Positions 1 to 12,680 of a DNA stretch of 64,000 nt are shown here, piece by piece. The notes under the pieces were generated by a model. It had not been told where the DNA came from and did no database searches. It saw only the letters and a list, made by a program, of their open reading frames with translations. The position numbers and the translations under genes are program-made. Location of the stretch: contig JAUCBJ010007526.1 of the NCBI GenBank assembly GCA_032718475.1, positions 44,980-108,979 on the forward strand, read 5' to 3'. Positions within the stretch are counted from its first letter, which is position 1. Each line of letters opens with the position of its first letter. Source of the stretch: Nemertoderma westbladi. Taxonomy: Eukaryota > Animalia > Xenacoelomorpha.

Positions 1-806
1 AGATGTACCGGAAAGTAGCCTACTGTACCGTTAGTACAGTACATAGTACAATAGTACGTTTCCAGTTGCAATCGCTTAATTAGACGTAGCAAACTGATAT
101 CTTATTTAGTGTCACCCAATTAAGCGTTAGATAATTTTACTTACATATCTGTACTCGCTTAATTGGGCGTTGCACATATAACCTTTTACATTGTAGCCTA
201 ATTAGGCGGTTAACAATTTTTCCATAGAGATGCATACGCTTATTTAGGCGATGTAGAATTCGCCTAATTAGGCGAAAGTACCTAACTGTAGTACAGTGTA
301 GTACAGTAACCTGGTAACAGGAGTAAGTATGAAGTAGTACCGGCTGAGCGGTTGCGGTAGGCCTAAACACTACGCCAACAACCCACAACAATATTAGCGT
401 TTGCGTTAATTACGGGGTACCATATCAATTTATTGCTGGGAGGGAACAGGTTACGGTGGTACCATACCGGTAATTTATTCTAACCAAAACAATAATCGAG
501 AGACAAGACAAAAGCATTTTACAGTTCGTTTTTATCGCAGTACCGGTTAGATAGAAGTTGGTTTACTACCGGTAATAGTGTACGGTAATTAATATTACAG
601 AGATAAACATCAATCAGAAATAACGTTAGTACAGTCTACAGTCGTTATCTCTCGCTCGATGCATTTCAGCATTGAGAATGTTGGCAACTGTAACTTAAAC
701 TTGCAAGACAGTGAAGGTCAATGGACATAAACAATAATGACAAAATAAAATATTGTTAAAAAGTAGGCCTAATTCATACATATAAATAATCGTATTCCAC
801 AAATGC

Positions 807-813
807 AAAAAAA
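807..813 (-). terminator. RNA polymerase III oligo-dT terminator of 7SL
   Basis: A7 on the + strand reads TTTTTTT immediately after the 7SL 3' end on the - strand. Confidence 0.85.
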
Positions 814-1108
814 GGATTGCGTCCCACTCTATTGCCTGGGCTACCGAACCTGCCTATTCACAAGCGCTATCCCGCTACTGCACAACGTGGGGGCTTTTGC
901 CTGCTGCGTCACCGCCCTGGGCCGGTTCACTCCTCCTTAGACAACCTGGTCAGCCCGCCCTCCGACAGGCCAACCATATTGACGCCGAGCTTAGCACGGA
1001 CGCTCGATCGACATAGCACAGAACCCGATAGGGGCCCCAAACTCAAGCGGTTCTCCAATCCCGGCCTCCAAGTCGCTCGGATTACAGGCGCTCGCCACTG
1101 CGCCCAGC
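814..1108 (-). ncRNA. RN7SL: Signal recognition particle RNA (7SL, metazoan type)
   Basis: The reverse complement starts GCTGGGCGCAGTGGCGAGCGCCTGTAATCC (Alu-domain 5' end). It contains the S-domain TCAATATGG...ACCAGGTTGTCTAAGGAGGAGTGAACCGGCCCAGG-GCGGTGACGC-AGCAGG and the 3' part CAGTAGCGGGATAGCGCTTGTGAATAG, colinear with recalled human 7SL. Length is about 295 nt, followed by a T7 run. Confidence 0.95.
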
Positions 1109-1974
1109 CGAAAGAGGTGGTTGATTTGATGTATAGAATCGTTTTACTTCCTGGATATATAAAATGGGACGAGCCACACAGGAAATCAAACGTTGTTTTG
1201 TTATTCATTATATGATTAATGCGAACCGGATAATCTTAGCTAGAACTCTAATAATATGATCTGATGATGAAGGATTGCCTAGGCCTAGGCCTACTGATTT
1301 ATATTTAGTATTTATAAGTAGATTTCATCGCATAGACGTAATTAAATCGCTCAACTATTTAATTAAATATCCTTAAATCTAAGCCTACAGTAATTTTTCT
1401 ATAATATTCGTGCAATAGTTAATTATTTTTTTTATGAGCCTTTCAACTAAAGATTTATCTGAAAATATGTAAAAAAGAAACACTGAAAGAAAGTAATACT
1501 TTTATTCTCAAATTGTTACTTTTTCGCTCAAATTTAGACCAAAATCGGGAGAAAAAGTTGCACTTTTTTCCCTAGAGTTAAAAAGTAACCCATAGGCTTG
1601 CATTGATTTTACTTTTTTTCCCGGCGAAAAAAGTAAAATAAAATATTTTTGGGTGGTTATACATGTGTTGATATCTTAAGTCCATGCACACACTCAAAAG
1701 TTATGGCATATTTAGTGTCTGCGCGGCGTACTCGAAAACGGAAATCAATATCCAATATTGGCTTATGTTGTTAAGCGGCTTTCTAGTTACGTAAGAAATA
1801 TTCGGGAACACTAAATTATTTAACATTGAGTAAGGTAGCATCAGGAGTTGAAGAGCACAGTATTTTGAATTGCAGTAACTATGGAAGCAATAAAATACTA
1901 CAGTTCAATTTATTTACAGTATTTCTATATTTTAAATTGAGCAACAAAAAGTACCAATTTAAGAATAAAATTAC

Positions 1975-2115
1975 GTATTACATGGGAAAAAAAAGTAGAA
2001 CTTTTTTCAATATTCTCTCGACCCTTTATTAACCTCGCTGACGCTCGGGAAATAAAATGCCTCGAGAATAGTGAAAAAAAGTTCTACTTTTTTCCCATGT
2101 TATAAATAATTATTG
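1975..2115. mobile_element. Short palindromic MITE-like element
   Basis: Inverted arms ACATGGGAAAAAAAAGTAGAACTTTTTTCA / TGAAAAAAAGTTCTACTTTTTTCCCATGT surround CCTCGCTGACGCTCGG. A related diverged copy lies at about 28280-28410. Confidence 0.6.
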
Positions 2116-2912
2116 TTGACTATTAGGCCTATTGGTTTCTTTTACTTTCAGCAGTTTAATTGAGAGAATAGTCTAATCACCAATTTTATAGTTTTTATTT
2201 TATGTTTTTCAGCTCTACTTTTAATTTTATTGAAATAAGTATTCTTATTCTTATTAAAATAATTTTTAATTTAAATAATTAGTATTTGATTAATTTTTTC
2301 TCTTTGATAATTTCATTTATTTTAATTTTATTATATTTATTAATATTTTTTAATATATTCCGGTGTTTAAAACTTTTTATTGTATAATAAATAAAACCGG
2401 TTTATTTACCGCTCGTCCTGAGCCTACTCCTCATACTAAACATGCGAGCGCAGCGAGTGGGATAAAGTATTTTATTCATTGTGTACTTGAAACAATATCT
2501 AATTTTATTGTTGAAATATATTGTTATTTAGTTGCCTCTGTCTACGCAGAAACATTTGCAATGGGGACTCCCTATCCTATAATTAAATAATAATAACAAT
2601 AAATATGTGATTAATGAAACCAGGCTGATTCCTCGATATGACCCTTAAAGTCTTAGGTTTTCTTTCTTTGGGGCAGCAAAGAGCAACCAGCTTATTGTTA
2701 GTCGTGAGTGCAATCTCCGCGCGGTGCATGTCATGGAGACAGATATCATAGTTATTATAATTATTTTTACTGATATTTCTTGCGCTAAATAAAATGTATC
2801 ATCGTGACTCATAATGGGGGCTGAAATCGTTTTGGAATTTCGAGATTATAAAATCAAAATACTTTACTCGATTTTAAATTTATGAGTTTTATTTTTTATT
2901 TATTTTTTTTAG

Positions 2913-3010
2913 GTAATCGCCCTGAGATAAATGAGACGTGTATTCGCTTGAATAACGACACCTCCGTCCCAAGCATAACAACTACCCTGAGCGATACTCT
3001 GTCTGGAAGT
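2913..3010 (+). CDS. TMC7: TMC7-like transmembrane channel protein, internal exon A
   Basis: Polypyrimidine tract + AG acceptor and GTAAGT donor. Encodes NRPEINETCIRLNNDTSVPSIQTTLSDTLSGS and ends in phase 0, joining exon B (D.LSG.G.LE.T.LFYG.Y motif of TMC proteins). Confidence 0.75.
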
Positions 3011-4196
3011 GTAAGTATTGTATTGAGTTAACCTAAACTGGGGCGAGCCACGAAGTGAGCGAATCCTTAGCATAAGGGTACTATTATCGAGCTGTCTGTC
3101 GTCTAATTTCTGATCTCTAATAAATCGGTTACTCCTATGAAATTAAACCAAACTTGGTACACATCTTGTTTGGCAAAAAAAACGAAAAAAAAGACGAGTG
3201 GACGAGTCTGTGTTAACTATACTCCTAACAACAAGTACTATACCCATAAACATCATTTTATTATAAAGGTCCTCAGTCTGAGTTTAGGAAAAATATTTTG
3301 AAACAAAACAGGACGATCGCAACGAGGCTAATCAAAGACACGAGTATTATAATACTAAAAATTTCATACTTTATTCAAATAGCCCTAGTTAGTAGCGGTC
3401 AATCATTGCTGAAATTAATTAAACCAAACTTGATACGTATATAGTCTCGTGCTGCGCGATGGCCCCACGAACATGTTTACTGTGTGTAAAATTTATTTAA
3501 AGATTTCATTGAATGGTATCGTATCAATAAAGTTTAGAATTTCCTTTGTTTAATTTAAATAATTTATTTTTTTAATGATTTTTCTCTAAAGAGTTTCTAT
3601 TACTTAATTGAATAATTCTTCCCATATTTATCGAGACTGCCGTCTGTCTGTCATACATCATCATAGGTTTGCTCCTATTTAAAAATCCACCATTGTTTAA
3701 CGAAACATATGTTAGTCTTTAGCATCTATGAATGTAGCTCTTTAGTTATTAAACCAAAACTAATTATTAATTAATGATTATCTATTGTGAGGAAACCAAG
3801 ACGGTGGTAAAGCAATTTCAATTTTTAGGTTCATTGTAAAAATATAAAAAAATATATAGTTCAATTTTCTGTTGAATATAAAACACAATTGCAGATAGCG
3901 GGCGGTGGCGCATATTGACCGCAAGTGAAAAAATAATTATATTCAGCAAAAATTGACCGAAAGTAAAATAATGTTTCGTGTATTGTTTTGGTTAGATAAC
4001 ACCGCCACTGTAACCTGCTTCTTTCCGTTAATGTTTTTAATGAAATTAAATTAATTTTTTCAAACCACTAAACATACGTTATAGTTTTGGTGTTTACTAT
4101 CATTGACTCAAATTGAGAGTTGAAATGTGCTTTATGAATAACATGTTGTCAAAGAGTAAATATTTTGTTGTATCCGTATATGAATACAATTCGCAG

Positions 4197-4342
4197 GGTT
4201 GGTTGGAGAACACGCCGCTATTCTACGGCTGGTACCCAAACGAAATCAGATCCATGTTTGGACTTCCATACAATATACCTTTAGCCTATATAGTGATTGG
4301 AGTGGTCTTTTTATTCTCGACTCTTATTTCCATGGTTTTAAC
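4197..4342 (+). CDS. TMC7: TMC7-like transmembrane channel protein, internal exon B
   Basis: CAG acceptor and AC|GTAAGT donor. Encodes GWLENTPLFYGWYPNEIRSMFGLPYNIPLAYIVIGVVFLFSTLISMVL, matching the TMC LFYG.Y...Y..PLAY motif. Confidence 0.9.
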
Positions 4343-4584
4343 GTAAGTTTATGAAATACTGTATAGTAATTATCATTTTATAATATTAGACATTTTAGTT
4401 AATTTGCTTAGACTTTATCCCAAAACATTTCAAGGATTTCGAAAATTATTTGCTTCTCTCACATCGCTCGTTCATAAAAAACACTTTACTCAGGTTATAA
4501 AACTGTAAAGTGTTACTTTGCACAACACACATGTAAACCTGTGACTATGTGATACTCTTTATTTAACCTGCACCCCGTCTCAGC

Positions 4585-4718
4585 TACTACAGTTTAAAGT
4601 GAATTTGTTTCTTCCCATGGCTAAATTAATACTTTCCTTTCTGGTTTGGATACTACAGTTTAAAGTGAATTTGTTTCTTCCCATGGCTAAATTAATACTT
4701 TCCTTTCTGGTTTGGATA
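4585..4718. repeat. Perfect tandem duplication of 66 bp
   Basis: TACTACAGTTTAAAGTGAATTTG...CTGGTTTGGA starts at 4585 and again at 4651. Confidence 0.9.
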
Positions 4719-5405
4719 AAGTGCCGTAAGTATTTAACCTCGAACTGATTTCAATTTTTATAGTAATATTGCCACGTTTAAACCGACCTTAATTTAATAG
4801 CTGACATGCAGTTATCAGAATATACTCACAATGATTGCTCGTTTGTTGTTTTGTTTATTGTTTATAGTGGTACAACACGGTGTAGTAGTTACTGTATGTA
4901 GCAGATAATACCAAATTATGACAATTAATACAGAGGGATCATTTATAACCAAAACAATAAATAACGGTTATAATTTCCGATGCTATGAAAATTTGTGATA
5001 TAAACAATACAATTTCCTGAAATAATATTCACAATTTAGTTCCTAGGTTTGGATATTATTTTGTAGTAATTGGGGCCCCAATTAATAAATGATATTATAC
5101 AATATTAGTTTGACTGCTATTCTTAACTGATTCCGTACAGAGATTACTTAGTGTCAATATAAGTCAATAATGATTATCACTTTGCCTGTATCTCCGAATC
5201 CGACCCAATAATTATTGGGAGGTGATGAAATTTATATTGAAAAACTAATAATAATTATTAACCAGTTAATCATGTGGTATAGGTGACACGATGTCAAACA
5301 TATTTATCTTTATCGTGTTATATCAATTTGCATCTTTTAATTCGATCTCAAACTACTACTGTATTGTCGATAATTTAATTAGGTAATTTTGTTTCAGAAA
5401 TATCA

Positions 5406-6452
5406 ATGCCTAGTAATTATGAGGGTTTAATTTATATTTCTTTGTTTATTATAAGTTACGCTACCCTAGTAGGTAATGTAAACTCTCTTATCGTAATTCT
5501 CTACTGCGCCTTCGCATTTCTCAACAACAACGAATTCCGCTTTAAAGAGTTCCCAATATCGCATTCTATTCCACAAGAACATTGCAATTCTCCTCCTTTA
5601 CTTGCCCTTAATTGTAATCGATTCACAACCAACGAGGAAGAATATCGAAACACAATGGACGACATTGAGCAACCGAGACAAAATAGTTTCCCTAACAATG
5701 TATCGGATGTTGGACTTCCTGACTACTCTAGTCTTCTAGAGGACCGAGTTATTTCAAGGAGTTCCTGCCCTGATGGAATCGCGTTTTCTCCGAAAGACAT
5801 GCAGGCGGAGGTTGACATCGAGAATTCTATAGAGTCTGAGAGTGCGGATAGCAACGATTCTAATTCTACTAGTCAGTCGTCAGTGTCGACGAGTGGGATA
5901 GATGCATGCGGCGAGAGTTCTAGAACAACGTCACCGGTGGAGAAGCAAGATGAAGAAGCAGCCGACATGGATAACAATGAAGATCAAGATCACAATGAAG
6001 ATCAAGATCACACTGAAGAACCAGAGAACACTCAACATTCTCATGAAGGCGGGAATATGGAGAATGAATTAACGACTAAATCTGAGGATATCAAGTATTT
6101 AGCGGAGATCTCCGCTGCTATTGAGGAAGTAACGCGGCCGTCTGAATGCACGAACGTGGATGTTGATGATGAGGGGGACGAGAAGTACAGTGATTGCGTG
6201 GTCGAACATGTGGAAGACCCGCGGGGCAATGGTAATCTGGTTAAAGACACCGCCGAATCTGAGATGCTAACGAAGATTCGTTATGAAGTGGAGTTTAGCG
6301 ATGAGGTGAAGCCGATTGCGGAGGTGAGGCCGAACTTCAGGGAGAGTAACGTGGTTACATCGGGTAGTTACGAATCGGAGTCGGTTGAGGATGTTAAACT
6401 TCAATCGGGAGTCGTCGACAGTGCCAGTCGGGTTTGTTGCGTCATCCTTTAA
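5406..6452 (+). CDS. Uncharacterised acidic, probably disordered protein with C-terminal CaaX box (CCVIL); start uncertain (ATG 5406 or 5654)
   Basis: 348-codon ORF in AT-rich DNA with higher GC from about 5630. D/E/S-rich composition, ending RVCCVIL*. Splice acceptor TTTGTTTCAG ends at 5397 and AATAAA occurs at about 6754. Confidence 0.6.
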   Translation: MPSNYEGLIYISLFIISYATLVGNVNSLIVILYCAFAFLNNNEFRFKEFPISHSIPQEHCNSPPLLALNCNRFTTNEEEYRNTMDDIEQPRQNSFPNNVSDVGLPDYSSLLEDRVISRSSCPDGIAFSPKDMQAEVDIENSIESESADSNDSNSTSQSSVSTSGIDACGESSRTTSPVEKQDEEAADMDNNEDQDHNEDQDHTEEPENTQHSHEGGNMENELTTKSEDIKYLAEISAAIEEVTRPSECTNVDVDDEGDEKYSDCVVEHVEDPRGNGNLVKDTAESEMLTKIRYEVEFSDEVKPIAEVRPNFRESNVVTSGSYESESVEDVKLQSGVVDSASRVCCVIL

Positions 6453-7555
6453 TACCAGGCCGAACTCAAATCTATAACGTAGTAACCATAGTAACGTAGT
6501 AACCCTTATCCAATGATTTATATATTATATTATTAATTTATAATTAATTTAGGAGACCGTAGAGTAATTTAATTTTTCAGTGATGTTAATAATTAGGCTC
6601 TATATATTTTCATGCGCTCCTGTTTTAAAACAACTTTGTACAGCCTTACTATTAATAATAATATTTGTGTTATCTTTGAGTTATTTGTGGTATATTGTTT
6701 ATATTGCTAATATTAGCTATATATTGCTTATATTGTGTTAATATTTACAAGCTAATAAAGTACTTACGGTTCAAATAATATTTAAATTTGGTAATTATTT
6801 TCTAATCAGCATTTTTTGTGATAATTAAAATTTGGAAATATGTCAATATAAAATATATATTTTTTAATCTCTTACCTAAGTCACATTACAAATTGAATTT
6901 TTTGGTTTTAATCTGCATTTCACGCAACGCAACTTTTGCGGTAATTTATTTGAGAAACTTTTTAATATCATATGTGATGCACCGCAGGCTTGTCAGCTCA
7001 GCACAGTGTCAGCGTCTCTACCATAACAGTGTCCGTCAGTACAACCACCTTCACATCCCCCACTCCCATAAACAGTTTAAAATCCAAAATGCAATATCTA
7101 CCAATCTGTAGTGCGCCCATTTAGGTATACGCTGTCAATAACATTAGTATTGATTAACATTAGTATTAATAGTTTCTTTAAATATTATATAATAGTCTTC
7201 TCAATTCATATTACATTGTACTCAATAATTTTTATACTCAATAATTTTTATACTCAATAATTTTGCTTGTACCTGTAAAACCGTACCTCCCATATTGATA
7301 CAATTTACAAACATGTATACAATACAAGTTTCACTTTGTAGTGGTCTACTGTAGGCCCTTGCGGTCTGATTATTTGTGATTGTGACTGGCTTTTAGATAA
7401 AACAGAATTAAAGGAAATAAGGTCACTTTTTAATTTTATGTAAGACAGCACAAATATGTAGGACTAACTCTAGACTAAACTTCAGAGAGTACCACCACCA
7501 ATAGCATAACTCAACAGAAAAAAGTGACAATATCAATTAATTTCAATATAATATT

Positions 7556-7740
7556 GCAGATAGGGGGGGAAACTGGGCTGATTACTCTCAAAAATAAAAC
7601 TGGAATTGTGCTCAGTTTATTGTTTTGGTTAATAACATGCCACTGTAACCTGCTCCTTTCCCTAAATTGAGAATTTAACATTGAGGCGGGATATCAATTC
7701 ACCAAGGCGGGTTTTGCGTCCAGTTTTCCCCCCTGTCTCA
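7556..7740. mobile_element. MITE with short TIRs carrying the ~55-bp dispersed repeat
   Basis: AGATAGGGGGGGAAACTGG ... CCAGTTTTCCCCCCTGTCT inverted ends. A homologous body occurs at about 54810-54950. Confidence 0.55.
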
Positions 7741-8067
7741 ATATTACATAAAGTAGTTCAACAACCCATTTAATCGCTGCACAAAAGAATTATGTTTGTC
7801 AGGACATACATGACAAGACATTTGTTATGTTTTGTAGTCAAAAATAATACGTATAATTTACTTTCTTTCACTGAAACATCAGGCATGTTCATCTAACTAC
7901 ACGTAACTATACGGCTTCAAAGACAAAGAGTCACTAATTAATTACTCATTTGTTAGGAACACTCTCAGTTCCCCATCAATTTATTCGTCCATCGCGCACC
8001 CCTTGGGCGCTTTTTTGAGAAGCATTCTATATCTCAGTTGTTACGTTACGTATATGTAGGTCACCAA

Positions 8068-8212
8068 TCAACCATTCGTCATTTGAACCTCCTTATCTGA
8101 AACCACATCGATTCCTATGGTAACAACCTGTTCAGTAGAGGCCATTGCTGAATTCTTCTCCACACCAAACTCCATGGTTATGGGACTGGAGCCGAGTTTA
8201 AATCCCAAATAC
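8068..8212 (-). CDS. Putative terminal coding exon of an antisense nested gene
   Basis: On the - strand, a TTATTATTTTAG acceptor is followed by an open frame YLGFKLGSSPITMEFGVEKNSAMASTEQVVTIGIDVVSDKEVQMTNG*. No homology recognised. Confidence 0.3.
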
Positions 8213-10713
8213 CTAAAATAATAAGATTAAACCAAATTATTATTTGTAATTTAACTTTTTTAACTCTTTAAATTTCCATGAAATACCGGTATATCCGTAG
8301 CTAAAGAAATACTATAGTAGGCCTACACACATATACATACACCCAAACCCCATCCCATCACTGTCAATAAATTGTATATTAAAAAAGCTTGAATATTTTA
8401 ATATTTTATGGAAGGTTAATATATTCAACAGTTTTCGTTTGTAAATTCGAATGGAAATGATGTATTTTTGTAGTTAAATTCATCAGTCAGCATTGTCATT
8501 TTTTACGAGCCAATTTTGTATATTGCCTCTTAAATAATTTTTTTGAATCTCGACGTATTTTGTTTGTGGTAAATTTTGAGTGGATACATTTACCTGTTTG
8601 GAGCCGCTAATAGATATTAGCCTCTATAAGCACCAGTCAACTAGGGACTAAACTACGTTCCTAATTGGCACTAGTACTTAGACAGGTATACCTAACTACT
8701 GTACTGTACTTACATCAGTAGGCCTACTTTACTAATAATTGTCAATGGAAAAGCTACGCCGACAATAATTGTTAATGGTAATATAATGTTAATTAAGTGA
8801 GGAAAATGAACATGTTACTGTAAAGATACATTCTAACCAAAACAACAAACGATAGAAGCTTAGGTTACAATGTTTATTGTTAATTAAAGACGGTTTTGTC
8901 TGTTGTCGCCGTTTACACCTTGTCTGTATTGTATTTTAATAAGCATCTGAAAAAACCTTTAGATACGCTTCGAAACATTATACAGTGGGACTAATTAGAC
9001 CAATATGATAAAATGGCGCAAAATGGCCGCCAGCGCAATTACCAACTACAGTATGTGTTTTAGTTTCAAAAAATGATCTTAATTTATTGCATTAAAGGAA
9101 AGGTAAAGGGGCAGGATACAGTGGCGGCGTTTTCTAACCAAAAACTAAAATTTATTACACCAAAATTTATTTTACATGGGGTCAATTTGCTCTCGAGATC
9201 ACTTTATTCACTTGGGGTCAACCTGCGCAACTATAATAACAATTTCCATGCCAAACAGAAGGTATTTTACTCGCTAACGACCACCCAACTCAGGTGTTGT
9301 TATTTAATTAGATAAGGACAGCTGTTCTAAAAATATTATTATTCAGAGATACAGGCCGCTTATACTCCAGTTATTGATTGCGAATAGTTTATGAGTCACT
9401 CCCTCGATGACGTTGTTGCACGGCACATCATGAATATAAACCTTCCCTGTACCACCAATACTACACAGAGTAAAGAGGTTTTACTGTATAAACCTATGTA
9501 CCCCACATCTGCAGTGATCCCAGGCGCTCTCAGCCAGTGGCTTTGGGTCGGCTAACCCAAGGAACGTTTTGCAGCTAATAAATGCGGACCAATAAAGCCT
9601 TTGTATGGACTGCTTCATTGTGCTACCGTATGGCCTATTTAAATAATAATGGTTCTTCTACACAACATGCAGCAACAAATGGGTATGTAATGTAAATTAC
9701 ATCGGATATTATTTATAGAGTAGAATTGTATTATTATCTCGGAATGAAACCTTTAGCTTTAAGGTGACTACGGGGCGCACTATACCTACCTACCTACCAA
9801 CTGAATCTATAGTTAAGACATGATTATATTTTAGATACGACCATGTGCTGCTATAAACTAAATGAAGTACGTACGACTGTCAACTATACTGTAAATATCT
9901 ACAGTACGAATCGTACTATAAACTATACTATACGCAGGTGTAAAATTATCAGTTATACATACACGACTGTATATCAGTATATCTGACTCGCCCCCTTTCG
10001 CTAACATCATCAGCAAATCCCCAACTAATAGCGCCGCATCCATTGATGATCTATCCCTTTTAAGACGTTGTTTGTAAAACTATAAAAGTTTGGGCAAGCA
10101 AATAAACAAAAATTCATACACGCAATCAGAAGTAATAGAACATTTGTGTACCGGTACAGTCTGCTTGGGGGTGTTAGCTAGTGTTTCAACGGGACGCAGC
10201 AAACTTCGCCCGCGACCAATCTTCGCCGGAGCAATCTTCGCCCACAAAATTAGTATTAACAACCTCGTTTATTGTTTTGGTTAGAAAAAATCGTCTCTGT
10301 AACCTATCGTGTCTGTAACCTGCTCCTTTCCCCCATTCTGTCGAATGTTGGACGCGGGCTAAGATTGCACCCAACCGTTTAAACATGTTTATTTTCTGAG
10401 GTAGTCACAAAAAGTGTGTAAATTTCAAGTTTTAGTTTTATTGTCTAGTAATTACTGGTCTGGAGCTGCAAAGTCTTCTGTATTACATCGCTATTTAGGC
10501 CTAAATTAAAGTTGTAACGTAAGATGTTGTCCACCCAAGGTATTACGTGATAATAACACTACTATTGCAAACAAACGCGTAAGAAATGTTCAAATTTACT
10601 TAACATGGTAACAGTAGTGGTAGATTAAATAACGTGGAGAATTAATCAAAACATTGAAGTATATAAGAGATATAAACTGATAGGGGGTAGGTCCTATAAA
10701 CATTAAAAAATGG

Positions 10714-12680
10714 ATGGAGAAGGGATATAAACATTGGGTAGAGACGGGATATAAATATTGGGTAGAGACGGGATATAAACATTGGGTAGAGACGGGATAT
10801 AAATATTGGGTAGAGACGGGATATAAACATTGGGTAGAGACGGGATATAAATATTGGGTAGAGACGGGATATAAACATTGGGTAGAGACGGGATATAAAC
10901 ATTGGATAGAGACGGGATATAAACATTGGTTAGAGGCGGGATATAAACATTGGGTAGAGACGGGATATAAACATTGGATAGAGACGGGATAAAAACATTG
11001 GGTAGAGACGGGATATAAACATTGGGTAGAGACGGGATATAAACATTGGGTAGAGACGGGATATAATCATTGGGTAGAGACGGGATATAAACATTGGGTA
11101 GAGACGGTATATAAACATTGGGTAGAGACGGGATATAAACATTGGGTAGAGATGGGATATAAACATTGGGTAGAGACGGGATATAAACATTGGATAGAGA
11201 CGGGATAAAATCATTGGGTAGAGACGGGATATAAAAATTGGGTAGAGACGGGCTATAAACTTTGGGTAGAGACGGGATATAAACATTGGGTTGAGACGGG
11301 ATATAAACATTGGATAGAGACGGGATATAAACATTGGGTAGAGACGGGATATAAACATTGGGTAGAGACGGGATATAAACATTGGGTATAGACGGGATAT
11401 AAACATTGGGTTGAGACGGGATATAAACATTGGGTTGAGACGGGATATAAACATTGGGTTGAGACGGGATATAAACATTGGGTAGAGACGGGATATAAAC
11501 AAACATCGGGTAGAGATGGGATATAAACATTGGGTAGAGACGGGATATAAACATTGGGTAGAGACGGGATATAAACATTGGGTAGAGACGGGATATAAAC
11601 ATTGGGTAGAGACGGGATATAAACATGGGTAGAGACGGGATATAAACATGGGTAGAGAAGGGATATAATCATTGGGTAGAGACTGGATATACACATTGGG
11701 TAGAGACGGGATATAAACATTGTATAGAGACGGGATATAAACATTGGGTAGAGACGGGATATAAACATTGGTTAGAGACGGGATATAAACATTGGTAGAG
11801 ACGGGATATAAACATTGGGTAGAGACGGGATATAGATATTGGGTAGAGACGGGATATAAACATTGGGTAGAGACGGGATATAAACAAACATTGGGTAGAG
11901 ACGGGATATAAACATTGGGTAGAGACGGGATATAAACATTGGGTAGAGACGGGATATAAACATTGGGTAGAGACGGGATATAAACATTGGGTAGAGACGG
12001 GATATAAACATGGGTAGAGACGGGATATAAACATTGGGTAGAGACGGGATATAAACATTGGGTAGAGACGGGATATAGATATTGGGTAGAGACGGGATAT
12101 AAACATTGGGTAGAGACGGGATATAAACAAACATTGGGTAGAGACGGGATATAAACATTGGGTAGAGACGGGATATAAACATTGGATAGAGACGGGATAA
12201 AAACATTGGGTAGAGACGGGATATAAACATTGGTTAAAGACGGGATATAAACATTGGGTAGAGACGGGATATAAACATTGGGTAGAGACGGGATATAAAG
12301 ATTGGGTAGAGACTGGATATAAACATTGGTTAGAGACGGGATACAAACATTGGGTAGAGACGGGATATAAACATTGGGTAGAGACGGGATATAAACATTG
12401 GGTAGAGACGGGATATAAATATTGGGTAGAGACGGGAAAAAAACATTGGGTAGAGACGGGATATAAACATGGGTAGAGACGGGATATAAACATTGGGTAG
12501 AGACGGGATATAAATATTGGGTAGAGACGGGAAAAAAACATTGGGCAGAGACGGGATACAAACATTGGGTAGAGACGGGATATAAACATGGGTAGAGAAG
12601 GGATATAAACATTGGGTAGAGACGGGATATAAAATATTTATAATAGACGGGATATAAAATATTTATTAGAGACGGGTTAT
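10714..12680. repeat. 24-bp minisatellite (GGGTAGAGACGGGATATAAACATT)n, about 80 units
   Basis: Directly visible tandem array with point variants and small indels. It explains the repetitive ORFs in the track. Confidence 0.97.

Noticed and set aside
817-1215. ORFs of 132 aa (+) and 93 aa (-)
   Set aside because: They overlap the GC-rich 7SL RNA gene and are incidental open frames.
8945-8980. CTGAAAAA...CGAAAC resembling a Penelope-type hammerhead ribozyme core
   Set aside because: The core deviates from CUGANGA and stem II does not pair convincingly.
10642-12612. Long repetitive ORFs (MFISRLYP / NVYIPSLP / QCLYPVST)
   Set aside because: They are translations of a 24-bp minisatellite with frequent frame-shifting indels, not a credible protein.
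10714-12680. CRISPR-like appearance of regular repeats (also 46450, 52166, 57917)
   Set aside because: Units are contiguous with no unique spacers, there are no cas genes, and the context is eukaryotic.
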